Shown here piece by piece: positions 1 through 8,948 of a stretch of DNA of 24,563 nucleotides. Both the position numbers and the translations under genes were made by a program. Position 1 is the first letter of the stretch. Each line of letters starts with the position of its first letter. The notes under the pieces are model-generated. The model saw only the letters and a program-made list of their open reading frames with translations. It was not told the origin of the DNA and did no database searches. Origin of the DNA: Patescibacteria group bacterium (lineage in GTDB: Bacteria > Patescibacteriota > Patescibacteriia > Buchananbacterales > UBA6539); the NCBI GenBank assembly GCA_035289505.1, contig DATDWV010000062.1, positions 1 through 24,563 of the forward strand, given 5' to 3'.

Positions 1-1197
1 TTATTATCCAAAAAGTTTGAAGTCTCTGGTTTTGATATCAGTCAGGAAAAAATTAATCAGTTAAAACAAGGAATAGACCAGACCGGCGAAATAGAAAATT
101 TAGGTCAATATAAAATTAATTATTCCGATAATCCGGAAATCATCAGTCAAGCTAATTTTATCATTGCTTGCATTCCTACTCCGGTTGATGAAAATAAAAA
201 ACCGGACTTGAGTTTATTGGAAAAAGCTTCGGAAATAATCGGCCAAAATTTAAAACCCGGTGCTGTGGTTGTTTATGAAAGCACGGTTTATCCGGGCTGC
301 ACTGAAGAAATTTGTCTGCCGATTTTGGAAAAAAGCTCTGGCCTAAAATACGGCGTTGATTTTAAGTTAGGTTATTCACCGGAACGAGTCAACCCTGGGG
401 ATAAAATTCACACCATCGATAAAATTTTTAAAATTATTGCGGCCAGCGACGATGGAGCATTAAATCGTTTAAAAGAAGTCTATGGCCAAATTACTCAAGT
501 TTATCCGGTTTCCTCGATTAAAGTCGCGGAAGCCGCCAAAGTTATTGAAAATATTCAGCGTGATTTAAACATCGCCTTAGCCAATGAATTGGCTTTAATT
601 TTTGACCGCTTGGGTATCAATACCAAAGAGGTGATTGAGGCGGCGGGCACGAAATGGAATTTTCATAAATATTATCCGGGCTTGGTCGGCGGCCATTGCA
701 TCGGCGTGGATCCTTATTATCTAACCAGCAAAGCCGAGTCGGTCGGCTATAATCCAAAAATTATTTTAGCCGGACGCGGGGTCAATGAATCAATGACTGG
801 TTTTGTCGCCTCTAAATTAAAAGGCCGAAAAAAAGTTTTAATTATGGGTTTAACCTTTAAAGAAAACGTACCGGATATAAGAAACAGCAAAGCCAAAGAT
901 TTAGCTTTAACTCTAAAAGAGCAAGGCAGTATTATTTACGGCCATGATCCGTTTTTAAAAATTAAAGAAATTTCCGTTGATCATTTTAAAGTAGAATTGA
1001 TTAATGACTGGCCGCCCAAACAAAATTTTGACGCGATTGTTATGTTTAGTCCGCATCAAATTTTTAAAAATAATCAAAATTATTCATTGGAAAGTTTAAA
1101 AAAAATTTCTGAGCCAAACTCGATTTTATTTGATCTTAAAAGTTTTTACGACAAAACTCAAGCGGAGGGCTTAGGTTTTAAATATTTAACATTATAA
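1..1197 (+). CDS. Nucleotide-sugar dehydrogenase, UDP-N-acetylhexosamine 6-dehydrogenase type (WbpO/TviB-like); 5'-truncated by the window edge
   Basis: Frame 1 is open from base 1 (LLSKKFEVSGFDISQEK...IACIPTPVDENKKPDL), so the TTG at 208 in the ORF track is internal. Family motifs: YESTVYPG, GYSPER.NPGD, EAAKVIENIQRDLNIA, catalytic-Cys motif PGLVGGHCIGVDPYYL, GLTFKEN.PDIRNSK. Confidence 0.92.
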   Translation, partial: LLSKKFEVSGFDISQEKINQLKQGIDQTGEIENLGQYKINYSDNPEIISQANFIIACIPTPVDENKKPDLSLLEKASEIIGQNLKPGAVVVYESTVYPGCTEEICLPILEKSSGLKYGVDFKLGYSPERVNPGDKIHTIDKIFKIIAASDDGALNRLKEVYGQITQVYPVSSIKVAEAAKVIENIQRDLNIALANELALIFDRLGINTKEVIEAAGTKWNFHKYYPGLVGGHCIGVDPYYLTSKAESVGYNPKIILAGRGVNESMTGFVASKLKGRKKVLIMGLTFKENVPDIRNSKAKDLALTLKEQGSIIYGHDPFLKIKEISVDHFKVELINDWPPKQNFDAIVMFSPHQIFKNNQNYSLESLKKISEPNSILFDLKSFYDKTQAEGLGFKYLTL

Positions 1198-2342
1198 TGC
1201 GCGTTTTAATTTTTTCTTTAGCTTATTTGCCGTTTATCGGCGGCGCCGAATTGGCGGTGAAAGAAATTACCGATCGGATTTCTGGAATTTCCGCCAAAGG
1301 CGGACCAGCCTCTGGCTGGGAATTTGATTTAATCACCGTTAATTTAGACGGCAAACAAAAATCCCAAGAAAAAATTGGCAATGCTACGATTTATCGTTTA
1401 GGTCAAGGGAAATTGGTTAAATATTTTTTTCCTTGGATTGCGGCGAAAAAAGCCCAAGAATTACAACAACAAAAAAATTATCAGGCAATTTGGGCGATTA
1501 TGGCTAATCAAGCGGGTTTGGCCGCTTTATTTTTTAAACAAAAAAATCCCAAAATTAAATACATTTTGACTTTGCAGGAAGGGGACTCGTTAAAAAGAAT
1601 CTGGAGCCGGACGATTTTAATTCGTCCGCTTTACAGAAAGATTTATCAAAAAGCTGACGCGATTACCGCTATTAGCCATTTTTTGGCCAAGCGAGCGAAA
1701 AAATTCGGTTATCGAGGTAAAATTTCCATTGTCCCAAACGGCGTTGATTTAGAAAACTTTAAAAAGACTTTATCGGACACGGAGAAAGTTGAATTAAAAA
1801 AAGATTTAAACATCGGGGAACATCAAAAAGTTGTCGTGACGGTTTCCCGTTTGGTTCATAAAAACGGCGTTGATACGATTATTAAATCAATTAAAGATTT
1901 GCCGGTGAAACTTTTGATTTTAGGCGAAGGCAAACTAAAAATAAAATTTCAGGCCTTGGTCCAAGAAATCGGCGTTCGCGATAATGTTGTTTTTTTGGGG
2001 TATGTTAAACAAAAAGACATTCCAAAATATTTGGCCATTGCCGATGTCTTTGTCCGCTGTTCGCGCTCCGAAGGATTAGGTTCGGCTTTTTTGGAAGCGA
2101 TGGTGGCGGGCGTGCCGGTGATTGGCACTAAAGTCGGCGGTATTCCCGAATTTTTAAAAGACGGGGAAACCGGTTTATTCTGCGAAGTCAACAATCCCAG
2201 GGATTTGGCGGCAAAAATTAAATTAATTTTAAATGAGGAAAAATTACGGCAAAATTTAATCAAAAACGCCGCTTCTTTTGTCAATGAACGTTATGATTGG
2301 TCAAATATCAGCCGGCAAGCAAAAGAAATTTTTGAATTATGA
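1197..2342 (+). CDS. Glycosyltransferase family 4 (GT-B)
   Basis: N-terminal YLPFIGGAELAV; C-terminal E-x7-E motif SEGLGSAFLEAMVAGVPVIGTKVGGIPE; TAATG overlap with the upstream gene. Confidence 0.92.
   Translation: MRVLIFSLAYLPFIGGAELAVKEITDRISGISAKGGPASGWEFDLITVNLDGKQKSQEKIGNATIYRLGQGKLVKYFFPWIAAKKAQELQQQKNYQAIWAIMANQAGLAALFFKQKNPKIKYILTLQEGDSLKRIWSRTILIRPLYRKIYQKADAITAISHFLAKRAKKFGYRGKISIVPNGVDLENFKKTLSDTEKVELKKDLNIGEHQKVVVTVSRLVHKNGVDTIIKSIKDLPVKLLILGEGKLKIKFQALVQEIGVRDNVVFLGYVKQKDIPKYLAIADVFVRCSRSEGLGSAFLEAMVAGVPVIGTKVGGIPEFLKDGETGLFCEVNNPRDLAAKIKLILNEEKLRQNLIKNAASFVNERYDWSNISRQAKEIFEL
1290..1319. repeat. GC-rich tandem double hairpin (TCCGCC-AAA-GGCGGA + CCAGCC-TCT-GGCTGG) lying in frame in the GT4 gene and encoding SAKGGPASGW
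   Basis: Two abutting perfect 6-bp stems with 3-nt loops; 21 of 30 bases are G/C in an AT-rich gene; exactly 10 codons, starting on a codon boundary. Confidence 0.85.
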
Positions 2343-3481
2343 AAATTATTATTGCCGCGGAAATTTTTCCGCCAGACATTGGCGGCCCGGCGACTTACAG
2401 CCAAAACTTAACTACAGAATTACTTAAACGCGGCTTTGAAATTAAGTTAATTTGCTATAGCGATAAAAAATATTCTGACGATCCAGGATATATTTATCGG
2501 ATTGTTCGCCGTCGTTTAAAGCCAATACATTATTTCAATTATTATAGAAAATTAAAAAAATTGGCCCGTGATTGTGACGTTATTTATGCCATGGGGCCGG
2601 TCAGTTCGGGTAAACCGGCGCTTCAAGTGGCTAAAGAATTAAACAAGAAACTAGTTGTTAAGGTTGTTGGCGATTACGCTTGGGAGCGGGCCAGAAATTC
2701 CGGCAAGACTGATTTGCTTATTGATGATTTTCAGAAGAAAAATTTTTCCGGTAAAATTGGTGTGTTACAAAAAATCGAACGGCAAGTTTGCCAATCAGCT
2801 GACAAAGTCATTACGCCCAGTCAGTATCTGAAAAAAATCGTTATGGGTTGGGGAGTGGACGAAAATAAAGTTGAGGTTATTTATAATTCTTTTAACAAAG
2901 ATTTTCCCTCTGGCTCAATGATCCAGCCAACTGGTAAATTTAAGTTTATCATTTCGGTTGGTCGGCTGGTGAGCTGGAAAGGCTTTTCGCTCCTGATTAA
3001 GCTTATACCTGATTTAAAAAAGATTGACCCTTCTTTTAAATTAATAATTTTAGGTTCCGGTCCGCAAGAAGAAAAATTATTAGAAGAAGCGAGGAGTCTT
3101 AATTTATTAAGCTCTGAAGATGTAGTTATAATGAAGTCCGACTGGTTGGGCGTTATTAGTTATTTACGCCAAGCGTATATATTTGTCTTAAATACCGGCT
3201 ACGAAGGTTTGTCGCACACGATTTTAGAGGCTATGGCCACCGGCGTGCCAGTCGTTACCACTAATGTTGGTGGTAACCCGGAATTAATTAAAGACGGCGA
3301 AAATGGCTTGTTGGTTGAATATAATAATAAAGAACAACTCAAAGAAGCGATTTTAAAATTGTACCAAAACGAAGATTTAAGGAAAAAATTTATTGAAAAT
3401 TCAAAAAAAGTTTTAGAAAAATTTAGTTTTGCCAATATGATTAATCAAACCATTAATCTTTTTAATCAATTATCTAAATAA
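2339..3481 (+). CDS. Glycosyltransferase family 4 (GT-B)
   Basis: EIFPPDIGGPATY N-terminus; SVGRLVSWKG; YEGLSHTILEAMATGVPVVTTNVGGNPE; ATGA overlap with the upstream gene. Confidence 0.92.
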   Translation: MKIIIAAEIFPPDIGGPATYSQNLTTELLKRGFEIKLICYSDKKYSDDPGYIYRIVRRRLKPIHYFNYYRKLKKLARDCDVIYAMGPVSSGKPALQVAKELNKKLVVKVVGDYAWERARNSGKTDLLIDDFQKKNFSGKIGVLQKIERQVCQSADKVITPSQYLKKIVMGWGVDENKVEVIYNSFNKDFPSGSMIQPTGKFKFIISVGRLVSWKGFSLLIKLIPDLKKIDPSFKLIILGSGPQEEKLLEEARSLNLLSSEDVVIMKSDWLGVISYLRQAYIFVLNTGYEGLSHTILEAMATGVPVVTTNVGGNPELIKDGENGLLVEYNNKEQLKEAILKLYQNEDLRKKFIENSKKVLEKFSFANMINQTINLFNQLSK

Positions 3482-3484
3482 ATT

Positions 3485-4462
3485 ATGAAAGTATTAATCA
3501 CCGGTATTACGGGCTTTGCCGGCAGTCATTTGGCAGATTATTTGCTGGCTAATCATCCAGAAGTTGAAATTTACGGTATTAAACGCTGGCGCAGCAAAAC
3601 CGAAAATATTGAGCATTTAAAAGAAAAAGTCAAATATTCCGATTGTGACATCAAAGACGCTCATAATGTTTTTGAAGTCATTGACACGATTCGGCCGGAT
3701 AAAATTTTTCATTTAGCGGCCCAAAGTTACGTGCCGGCGTCTTGGGAAGCGCCGGTTGAAACCTTGACTTTAAACATTGCCGGCCAAACAAATATTTTGG
3801 AAGCGGTCAAAAAAATCAGAGCCAAGGAAAAAAATTACGATCCGATAATTTTAATTGCCGGCTCTTCCGAAGAATACGGTTTAGTTCATCCCAATGAAGT
3901 GCCGATTAAAGAAACAAATCCCTTGCGGCCGCTTTCGCCTTATGGGGTCAGCAAAGTCTGCCAAGATCTTTTGGGCTTTCAATATTGGCATTCATATAAA
4001 ATTCGCTCAATTCGCAGCCGGGCGTTTAACCACAGCGGGCCGCGGCGCGGCGAAGTTTTTGTGGATAGCAATTTTGCCCAGCAAATCGCGAAAATTGAAA
4101 AAGGCAAACAAGAGCCAAAAATTATGGTCGGTAATTTGGAAGCTAAGCGAGATTTTAGTGATGTGCGTGATATTGTCCGGGCTTATTGGCTGGCCACTGA
4201 TAAATGCCAGCCTGATGAAGCTTACAATATTTCTTCTGGAAAAAGTTATAGTATCAAAGAAGTTTTGGATAAACTTTTGTCATTGTCAACCGTCAAAGAT
4301 ATTAGAGTTGAATCTGATCCAACTCGAATGCGACCGTCTGATGTGCCGATTTTAACCGGTGATAGTTCAAAATTTAGACAGGAAACCGGCTGGCAGCCAA
4401 AAATTGATTATTTAAATCAAACTTTAAAAGACATGCTTGATTATTGGCGGGAGATTGTTTAA
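3485..4462 (+). CDS. GDP-mannose 4,6-dehydratase family extended SDR (Gmd/Rmd-like)
   Basis: TGITGFAGSHL Rossmann motif; FHLAAQSYVPASW; GSSEEYG; YGVSK (YxxxK); FNHSGPRRGEVFV; VGNLEAKRDFSDVRDIV. Confidence 0.85.
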   Translation: MKVLITGITGFAGSHLADYLLANHPEVEIYGIKRWRSKTENIEHLKEKVKYSDCDIKDAHNVFEVIDTIRPDKIFHLAAQSYVPASWEAPVETLTLNIAGQTNILEAVKKIRAKEKNYDPIILIAGSSEEYGLVHPNEVPIKETNPLRPLSPYGVSKVCQDLLGFQYWHSYKIRSIRSRAFNHSGPRRGEVFVDSNFAQQIAKIEKGKQEPKIMVGNLEAKRDFSDVRDIVRAYWLATDKCQPDEAYNISSGKSYSIKEVLDKLLSLSTVKDIRVESDPTRMRPSDVPILTGDSSKFRQETGWQPKIDYLNQTLKDMLDYWREIV

Positions 4463-4468
4463 TTTTTT

Positions 4469-5605
4469 ATGGAAAAAAAATTGAAAGTTTTAATGATTTC
4501 AATTGATCGTGGCCTTTTAGGTAATTCGCCTTTAGGCGATGTGATTGAGCGACACAAGCGTTATGGTGAATTTTGCGAAAGTTTAGATATTATTGTTTGC
4601 GCCAAAAAAGGATTTAGCGAAAATCAAATTTCGGAGAAAGTTAAGGCAACACCTACCAATTCGTCATCTAAAATTAAATATGTCTTTGACGCCATTAAAA
4701 TTGGCAAGCGACTTTTTGGCCAAAAAACATATGATTTAATTGTCACTCAAGATCCGTTTTTGACCGGTTTGGCCGGCTATTTTTTGAAAAAGAGATTTAA
4801 AGCTAAATTATTGGTTCATTTTCACGGTGATTTTTGGCGAAATCCTTATTGGTTAAAAGAAAATAAATTCAATCGGTTATTTTTGTCGATCTCTCAATTT
4901 GTCGTTAAAAAGTCTGATGCGATTCGGGTGATGAGCCAAGGTCAGAAAGATAAAATGGTCAAAGCCGGAATTAGTGAAAATAAAATTAGAGTTATTTCAA
5001 CGCCGATTGATATTAATAAATTTCAGAATCAAGAATTAAGAATTAAGAATCCATCATCTAAAGAAAAAATAATTCTCCATGTTGGCCGCGATGATGATGT
5101 AAAAGACTATGACACTTTAACTAAAGCCGTTAGATTAGTTAGGAAAGAATTGCCGGGCGTGATATTTTGGCAGATTGGTTCAAAAAAGAAAATTATGGAG
5201 GCGGCTGATAAAATGAATTTGAAAGTTGATTTTCATCTAAGACTTGAAGGTTGGATGGATAGTAATTCGATAATAGAAAGGTATAAATTCTCAGACGTGG
5301 TTGTTTTATCTTCCACTTCCGAAAGTTTCGGCAAAGTTTTGGTGGAGGCTAATGCCTGCGACAAACCGGTGGTATCAACGACGACTACAGGCGCCAAAGA
5401 AATTATCCAAGACGGCTACAACGGTTTTTTAGTGCCAATTGGCGATGCCCAAGCTTTAGCCGAAAAAATTTTGTATTTATTAAATAATCCTGAAAAGGCC
5501 AAAGAGATGGGGGAGAATGGCAGAAAATTAGTTAAGGAAAGATTCAGCGATAACACCGAAAAAATCATTAATTTTTGGCAGGAGATTTGCGCAAATAGAA
5601 TATGA
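4469..5605 (+). CDS. Glycosyltransferase family 4 (GT-B)
   Basis: SESFGKVLVEANACDKPVVST...GAKEIIQDGYNGFLVPIGD; HVGR acceptor/donor-side motif. Confidence 0.92.
   Translation: MEKKLKVLMISIDRGLLGNSPLGDVIERHKRYGEFCESLDIIVCAKKGFSENQISEKVKATPTNSSSKIKYVFDAIKIGKRLFGQKTYDLIVTQDPFLTGLAGYFLKKRFKAKLLVHFHGDFWRNPYWLKENKFNRLFLSISQFVVKKSDAIRVMSQGQKDKMVKAGISENKIRVISTPIDINKFQNQELRIKNPSSKEKIILHVGRDDDVKDYDTLTKAVRLVRKELPGVIFWQIGSKKKIMEAADKMNLKVDFHLRLEGWMDSNSIIERYKFSDVVVLSSTSESFGKVLVEANACDKPVVSTTTTGAKEIIQDGYNGFLVPIGDAQALAEKILYLLNNPEKAKEMGENGRKLVKERFSDNTEKIINFWQEICANRI
5025..5052. repeat. Tandem heptamer repeat (AGAATCA AGAATTA AGAATTA AGAATCC) within the GT4 CDS
   Basis: Four adjacent 7-bp units read directly from the sequence; they encode QNQELRIKNP in the apparent linker between the two GT-B domains. 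Confidence 0.75.
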
Positions 5606-7908
5606 GTAAAATTTTTGTCAACATTGCCACTTATAACGAAAAAGAAAATATTGAGCGGTTAATCGTCGCAATTTTTGCTTTAAAAATTAATGATTTGTCG
5701 GTTTTAGTCATTGACGATAATTCGCCTGATGACACCGCCCAAATTGTTGAACAATTGAAAAATCGTTTTTCCAATCTAATGTTAATTGAAAGAGAAAGCA
5801 AACTAGGTTATGGTAGTGCCCAGATTGCTGGGTTTAAAACCGCTTTGGCGTCGGGCGCCGAGGTAATAATTACTATGGATGCTGATCATTCGCATAACCC
5901 AACCATCATTCCGAATTTAATTACCGCTATTAAGGATGGCAACGATGTCGCGATTGGTTCAAGAAAAATTCCCGGTGGTAAAATTGTGGGCTGGCATTGG
6001 TGGCGGCATTTTGCCAGCACCGGGGCAATGCTGACTTCGCAAATATTTTTAGGCATTGCGACTAATGATTTAACGAGCGGCTTTCGCGCTTACCGCCGCC
6101 AAGTTTTAGAAAAAATTGATTTAGAAAAAATCAAAAGCAACGGTTATTCATTTTTGGAGGAACTAATTTATTTAATTGAAAAAATAGGTTTTAAAATTAA
6201 AGAAGTTCCGATTACTTTTACCGATCGCTTATTTGGCAAGTCGAAACTTTCTAAAAGGGAAATTTTAAATTTCTTTTTAAATATTTTTAAAATTAAATTC
6301 AGTGAATTAAAAAAAATCAGGTTTAATTTAGAAAATTTTGTTTATGGGTTGCTGATTTTGTCTTTTTTTATCGGCCTTCGGCACGCTTTTCCGATGCTCA
6401 AAGTAATAAGTGATGAAATGTATTTTGTCGGCGGCGTTTTGCGGGCAATGGAAAATTTCACGATTTTCCCCGGAGCCGGCGATGTGCCCTATGGACTTTT
6501 GACTTACTATCTAAATTATATTTTAATTGCTAAATTTTTAATCCTGTCTTTACCGTTTTTTCAATTTAACTTAGAATCATTAAAATCAAATTTAATTCAA
6601 TCGCCAGAAATTATCTACTTAATCCCCAGAGTTTTAAGCGCGATTTTGGCGATTTTTTATTTGATTATTTTTGCCAAAATTTTTAAAAAAGAATTTAGTG
6701 ACTGGAAAATAAGAATTTATCTTGTCTTAATCCTTTTTACCAACATGCTCACAGTTTTGGTTTTGCGCACCGGCAAAATGTGGGTTTTAAGCATGCTTTT
6801 GACTTTATTATCTTTTTATTATCTTTATCGCGCTTTAAACTATCGTGATCAGCCGGAGTCGTCAGTTTTATCCAGAAGCATTACTTTAAGCATCATTTTT
6901 TCTTTTTTGGCGGTGACTAATTTTATTTTCAACGCGATTTTTTTGATTAATATTCCCATTCTTTTAATATTTTTTTGGTCCAATCAGGGGTTAAGGAAAA
7001 AAATAATCTTTTCAACAATTTTCGGCGTTTTAATTTTTGTTTTAATTACTTTAACGAATTTAGCTGGGATTAAAGAGCTGTTAGTCAATCAATTCACGTA
7101 TTATCGGCCTTTAGGGGAAAACGAAATTTCCGCTCAAAATTTGTCGGTTTTCGCTTCTTTTATAATGTATTTGAAGCGCTTAGTCTTATTTTTTCCGGTT
7201 ATTTTATTAACTTTACTTTTAGCGATTAGCCAAAAAATAAAAAATCAAAAGTTATTGATGATTGCCAGCGCTTATTTTTTGGTCTATTTTTTAATGATTA
7301 GTTTTATCGGCACTTGGTCAGCCCAAATTTATTCTTATATTCATTATTCATTTCCCTTTGCCTTTTTTTTGGTTTTAATAATCAGTAGCCTTGACTTAAA
7401 ATTCAGCAAAATTTTTTATTTCTTGGGATTAATCTCATTAGTTTATTTTATATTTAGCTTATATTATCTTTCTCTTCCGACTACTTACAATGAAGCCGCC
7501 AATTGGATTTTAAAAAATTTAAATCAAAAAGAAACGATTATTATTAATGAAATCAGAAACCTTGATTTGCCGAAAAATAAATCTTCTTATCTTTTAACCG
7601 CGGAAAATTATTGCGCGAGCATTTGCCAAAATGTCATTGCCAATGATTTAAATAAAGAATTTTTGCCTTTAGTGATTGACAAATACAGCAAAGCCGATTG
7701 GCCCAAAGAGGTGGACCAAAAAACCAAAGAAAATTTTGTCATCACGGATAAATTATTGACTGCCTCTGATTTTGAGCTTGAAGCCTCTCTGACCAATCCA
7801 ATTGAAATCGGTTTTAGTGCTGACGGAAAAATGGCGAATTATTTTGATTTTGATTTTTTCAAAATTAAAAATTTTGGTCCCAATATTTATATTTATCGGA
7901 CACTTTGA
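5602..7908 (+). CDS. Fusion of a GT2 polyprenol-phosphate glycosyltransferase (DPM1/Ppm1-like) and a multi-pass GT-C-like membrane domain
   Basis: N-terminal ~235 aa: ATYNEKENI, VIDDNSPD, DxD motif ITMDADHSH (5878-5886), DLTSGFRAYRR, GYSFLEE, EVPITFTDRLFGKSKL. This is followed by many hydrophobic segments, with an acidic DE pair (ISDEMYF, 6412-6417) after the first TM, and a soluble C-terminal tail. Confidence 0.8.
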   Translation: MSKIFVNIATYNEKENIERLIVAIFALKINDLSVLVIDDNSPDDTAQIVEQLKNRFSNLMLIERESKLGYGSAQIAGFKTALASGAEVIITMDADHSHNPTIIPNLITAIKDGNDVAIGSRKIPGGKIVGWHWWRHFASTGAMLTSQIFLGIATNDLTSGFRAYRRQVLEKIDLEKIKSNGYSFLEELIYLIEKIGFKIKEVPITFTDRLFGKSKLSKREILNFFLNIFKIKFSELKKIRFNLENFVYGLLILSFFIGLRHAFPMLKVISDEMYFVGGVLRAMENFTIFPGAGDVPYGLLTYYLNYILIAKFLILSLPFFQFNLESLKSNLIQSPEIIYLIPRVLSAILAIFYLIIFAKIFKKEFSDWKIRIYLVLILFTNMLTVLVLRTGKMWVLSMLLTLLSFYYLYRALNYRDQPESSVLSRSITLSIIFSFLAVTNFIFNAIFLINIPILLIFFWSNQGLRKKIIFSTIFGVLIFVLITLTNLAGIKELLVNQFTYYRPLGENEISAQNLSVFASFIMYLKRLVLFFPVILLTLLLAISQKIKNQKLLMIASAYFLVYFLMISFIGTWSAQIYSYIHYSFPFAFFLVLIISSLDLKFSKIFYFLGLISLVYFIFSLYYLSLPTTYNEAANWILKNLNQKETIIINEIRNLDLPKNKSSYLLTAENYCASICQNVIANDLNKEFLPLVIDKYSKADWPKEVDQKTKENFVITDKLLTASDFELEASLTNPIEIGFSADGKMANYFDFDFFKIKNFGPNIYIYRTL

Positions 7909-7910
7909 TT

Positions 7911-8945
7911 ATGCATCTATTGATCATTACCAGAAAAATTGACGCGGCTGATCCAAGGGTCGGTTTTTTCACCGATTGGCTGAAAAGATTTGCTCAAAAT
8001 TTAGATCGGCTATCGGTTATTACTTGGCAGACAAGTGAAACTTCTGATTTAGCGGAAAATATTAAAGTCTACTCTTTGCCCAAAAATAAATTTTTAAAAA
8101 TTATTATTTTACAAAAAATTTTGTGGCGGCTGTTGTCAAAAGTTGACGGGGTCTTTTGCCACATGAATCCGGAGTATACGATTTTAGCCGCGCCCTTAGC
8201 AAAAATTTTCAGAAAAAAAATTGTTTCTTGGTATACTCACGGCGCGGTGAGCTGGCGTTTAAAAATCATGGAAAAATTCACCAATCAGATTTTAACTGCC
8301 TCAAAAGAAAGTTTTCGCCTGCCTTCAAAAAAATTGATTGTGGTCGGCCATGGCATTAACACCGAAAAGTTTAATTTTTCCGAATCAAAAAAACAAAGCG
8401 GAATTTTTCAAATCTTGTCGGTTGGGCGGATATCGCCGACTAAAGACTATGAATCAATGATAAAAGCCATGGATATTTTGGCACAGCAGGGGATAATTGA
8501 CGTTAAATTAAATATCATTGGCACGGTTGGCTTAGCCGAGCAGCAGACCTATCTTAATAGTTTGAAGGAAATGGTGGTAAAAATGAATTTAACTAACCAA
8601 GTTGAATTTTTAGGCGCGGTTAAACACAATGAAATCCCCAATTATTTAAGAACCAGCGATATTTTCATTAATTTAAGCGGTACCGGCAGTCTGGATAAAG
8701 CCATCTTGGAAGCTATGGCTTGCGGCTGCTTGGTTTTAACCAGCAACATCGCTTTTAAAAATTTGATTCCAAACTCATTTTTTATTGTCCAAAACCAGCC
8801 AAAAAATTTAGCGGAAAAAATTAAATGGGTAAAACAATTGTCATCTGCCGATCGCCAAGAAATTAGTCATCAATTAAGAAAAATCGTCGTTAGTCAGCAT
8901 AATTTGGATAATTTGATAAAAAAAATAATGAGCCAATTTGTTTAA
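7911..8945 (+). CDS. Glycosyltransferase family 4 (GT-B)
   Basis: SVGRISPTKDYE; GSLDKAILEAMACG. The ATG at 7911 is preferred over the TTG at 7905 in the ORF track. Confidence 0.88.
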   Translation: MHLLIITRKIDAADPRVGFFTDWLKRFAQNLDRLSVITWQTSETSDLAENIKVYSLPKNKFLKIIILQKILWRLLSKVDGVFCHMNPEYTILAAPLAKIFRKKIVSWYTHGAVSWRLKIMEKFTNQILTASKESFRLPSKKLIVVGHGINTEKFNFSESKKQSGIFQILSVGRISPTKDYESMIKAMDILAQQGIIDVKLNIIGTVGLAEQQTYLNSLKEMVVKMNLTNQVEFLGAVKHNEIPNYLRTSDIFINLSGTGSLDKAILEAMACGCLVLTSNIAFKNLIPNSFFIVQNQPKNLAEKIKWVKQLSSADRQEISHQLRKIVVSQHNLDNLIKKIMSQFV

Positions 8946-8948
8946 TTA

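Noticed and set aside
2369-2385. Hairpin CCGCCA-GACAT-TGGCGG resembling the 1290 element
   Set aside because: It encodes the conserved GT4 N-terminal motif PPDIGG; Pro/Gly codons create the palindrome and there is no extra peptide.
3121-3160. Alternative frame reading NEVRLVGR, suggesting a compensated frameshift in the GT4 gene
   Set aside because: Spacing to the flanking motifs does not fit a simple pair of indels, and the annotated frame is open and alignable; likely chance.
7232-7252. AAAAAAT-AAAAAAT-CAAAAGT (KIKNQK) heptamer-like run
   Set aside because: Too low in complexity to distinguish from a Lys-rich cytoplasmic loop in AT-rich DNA.
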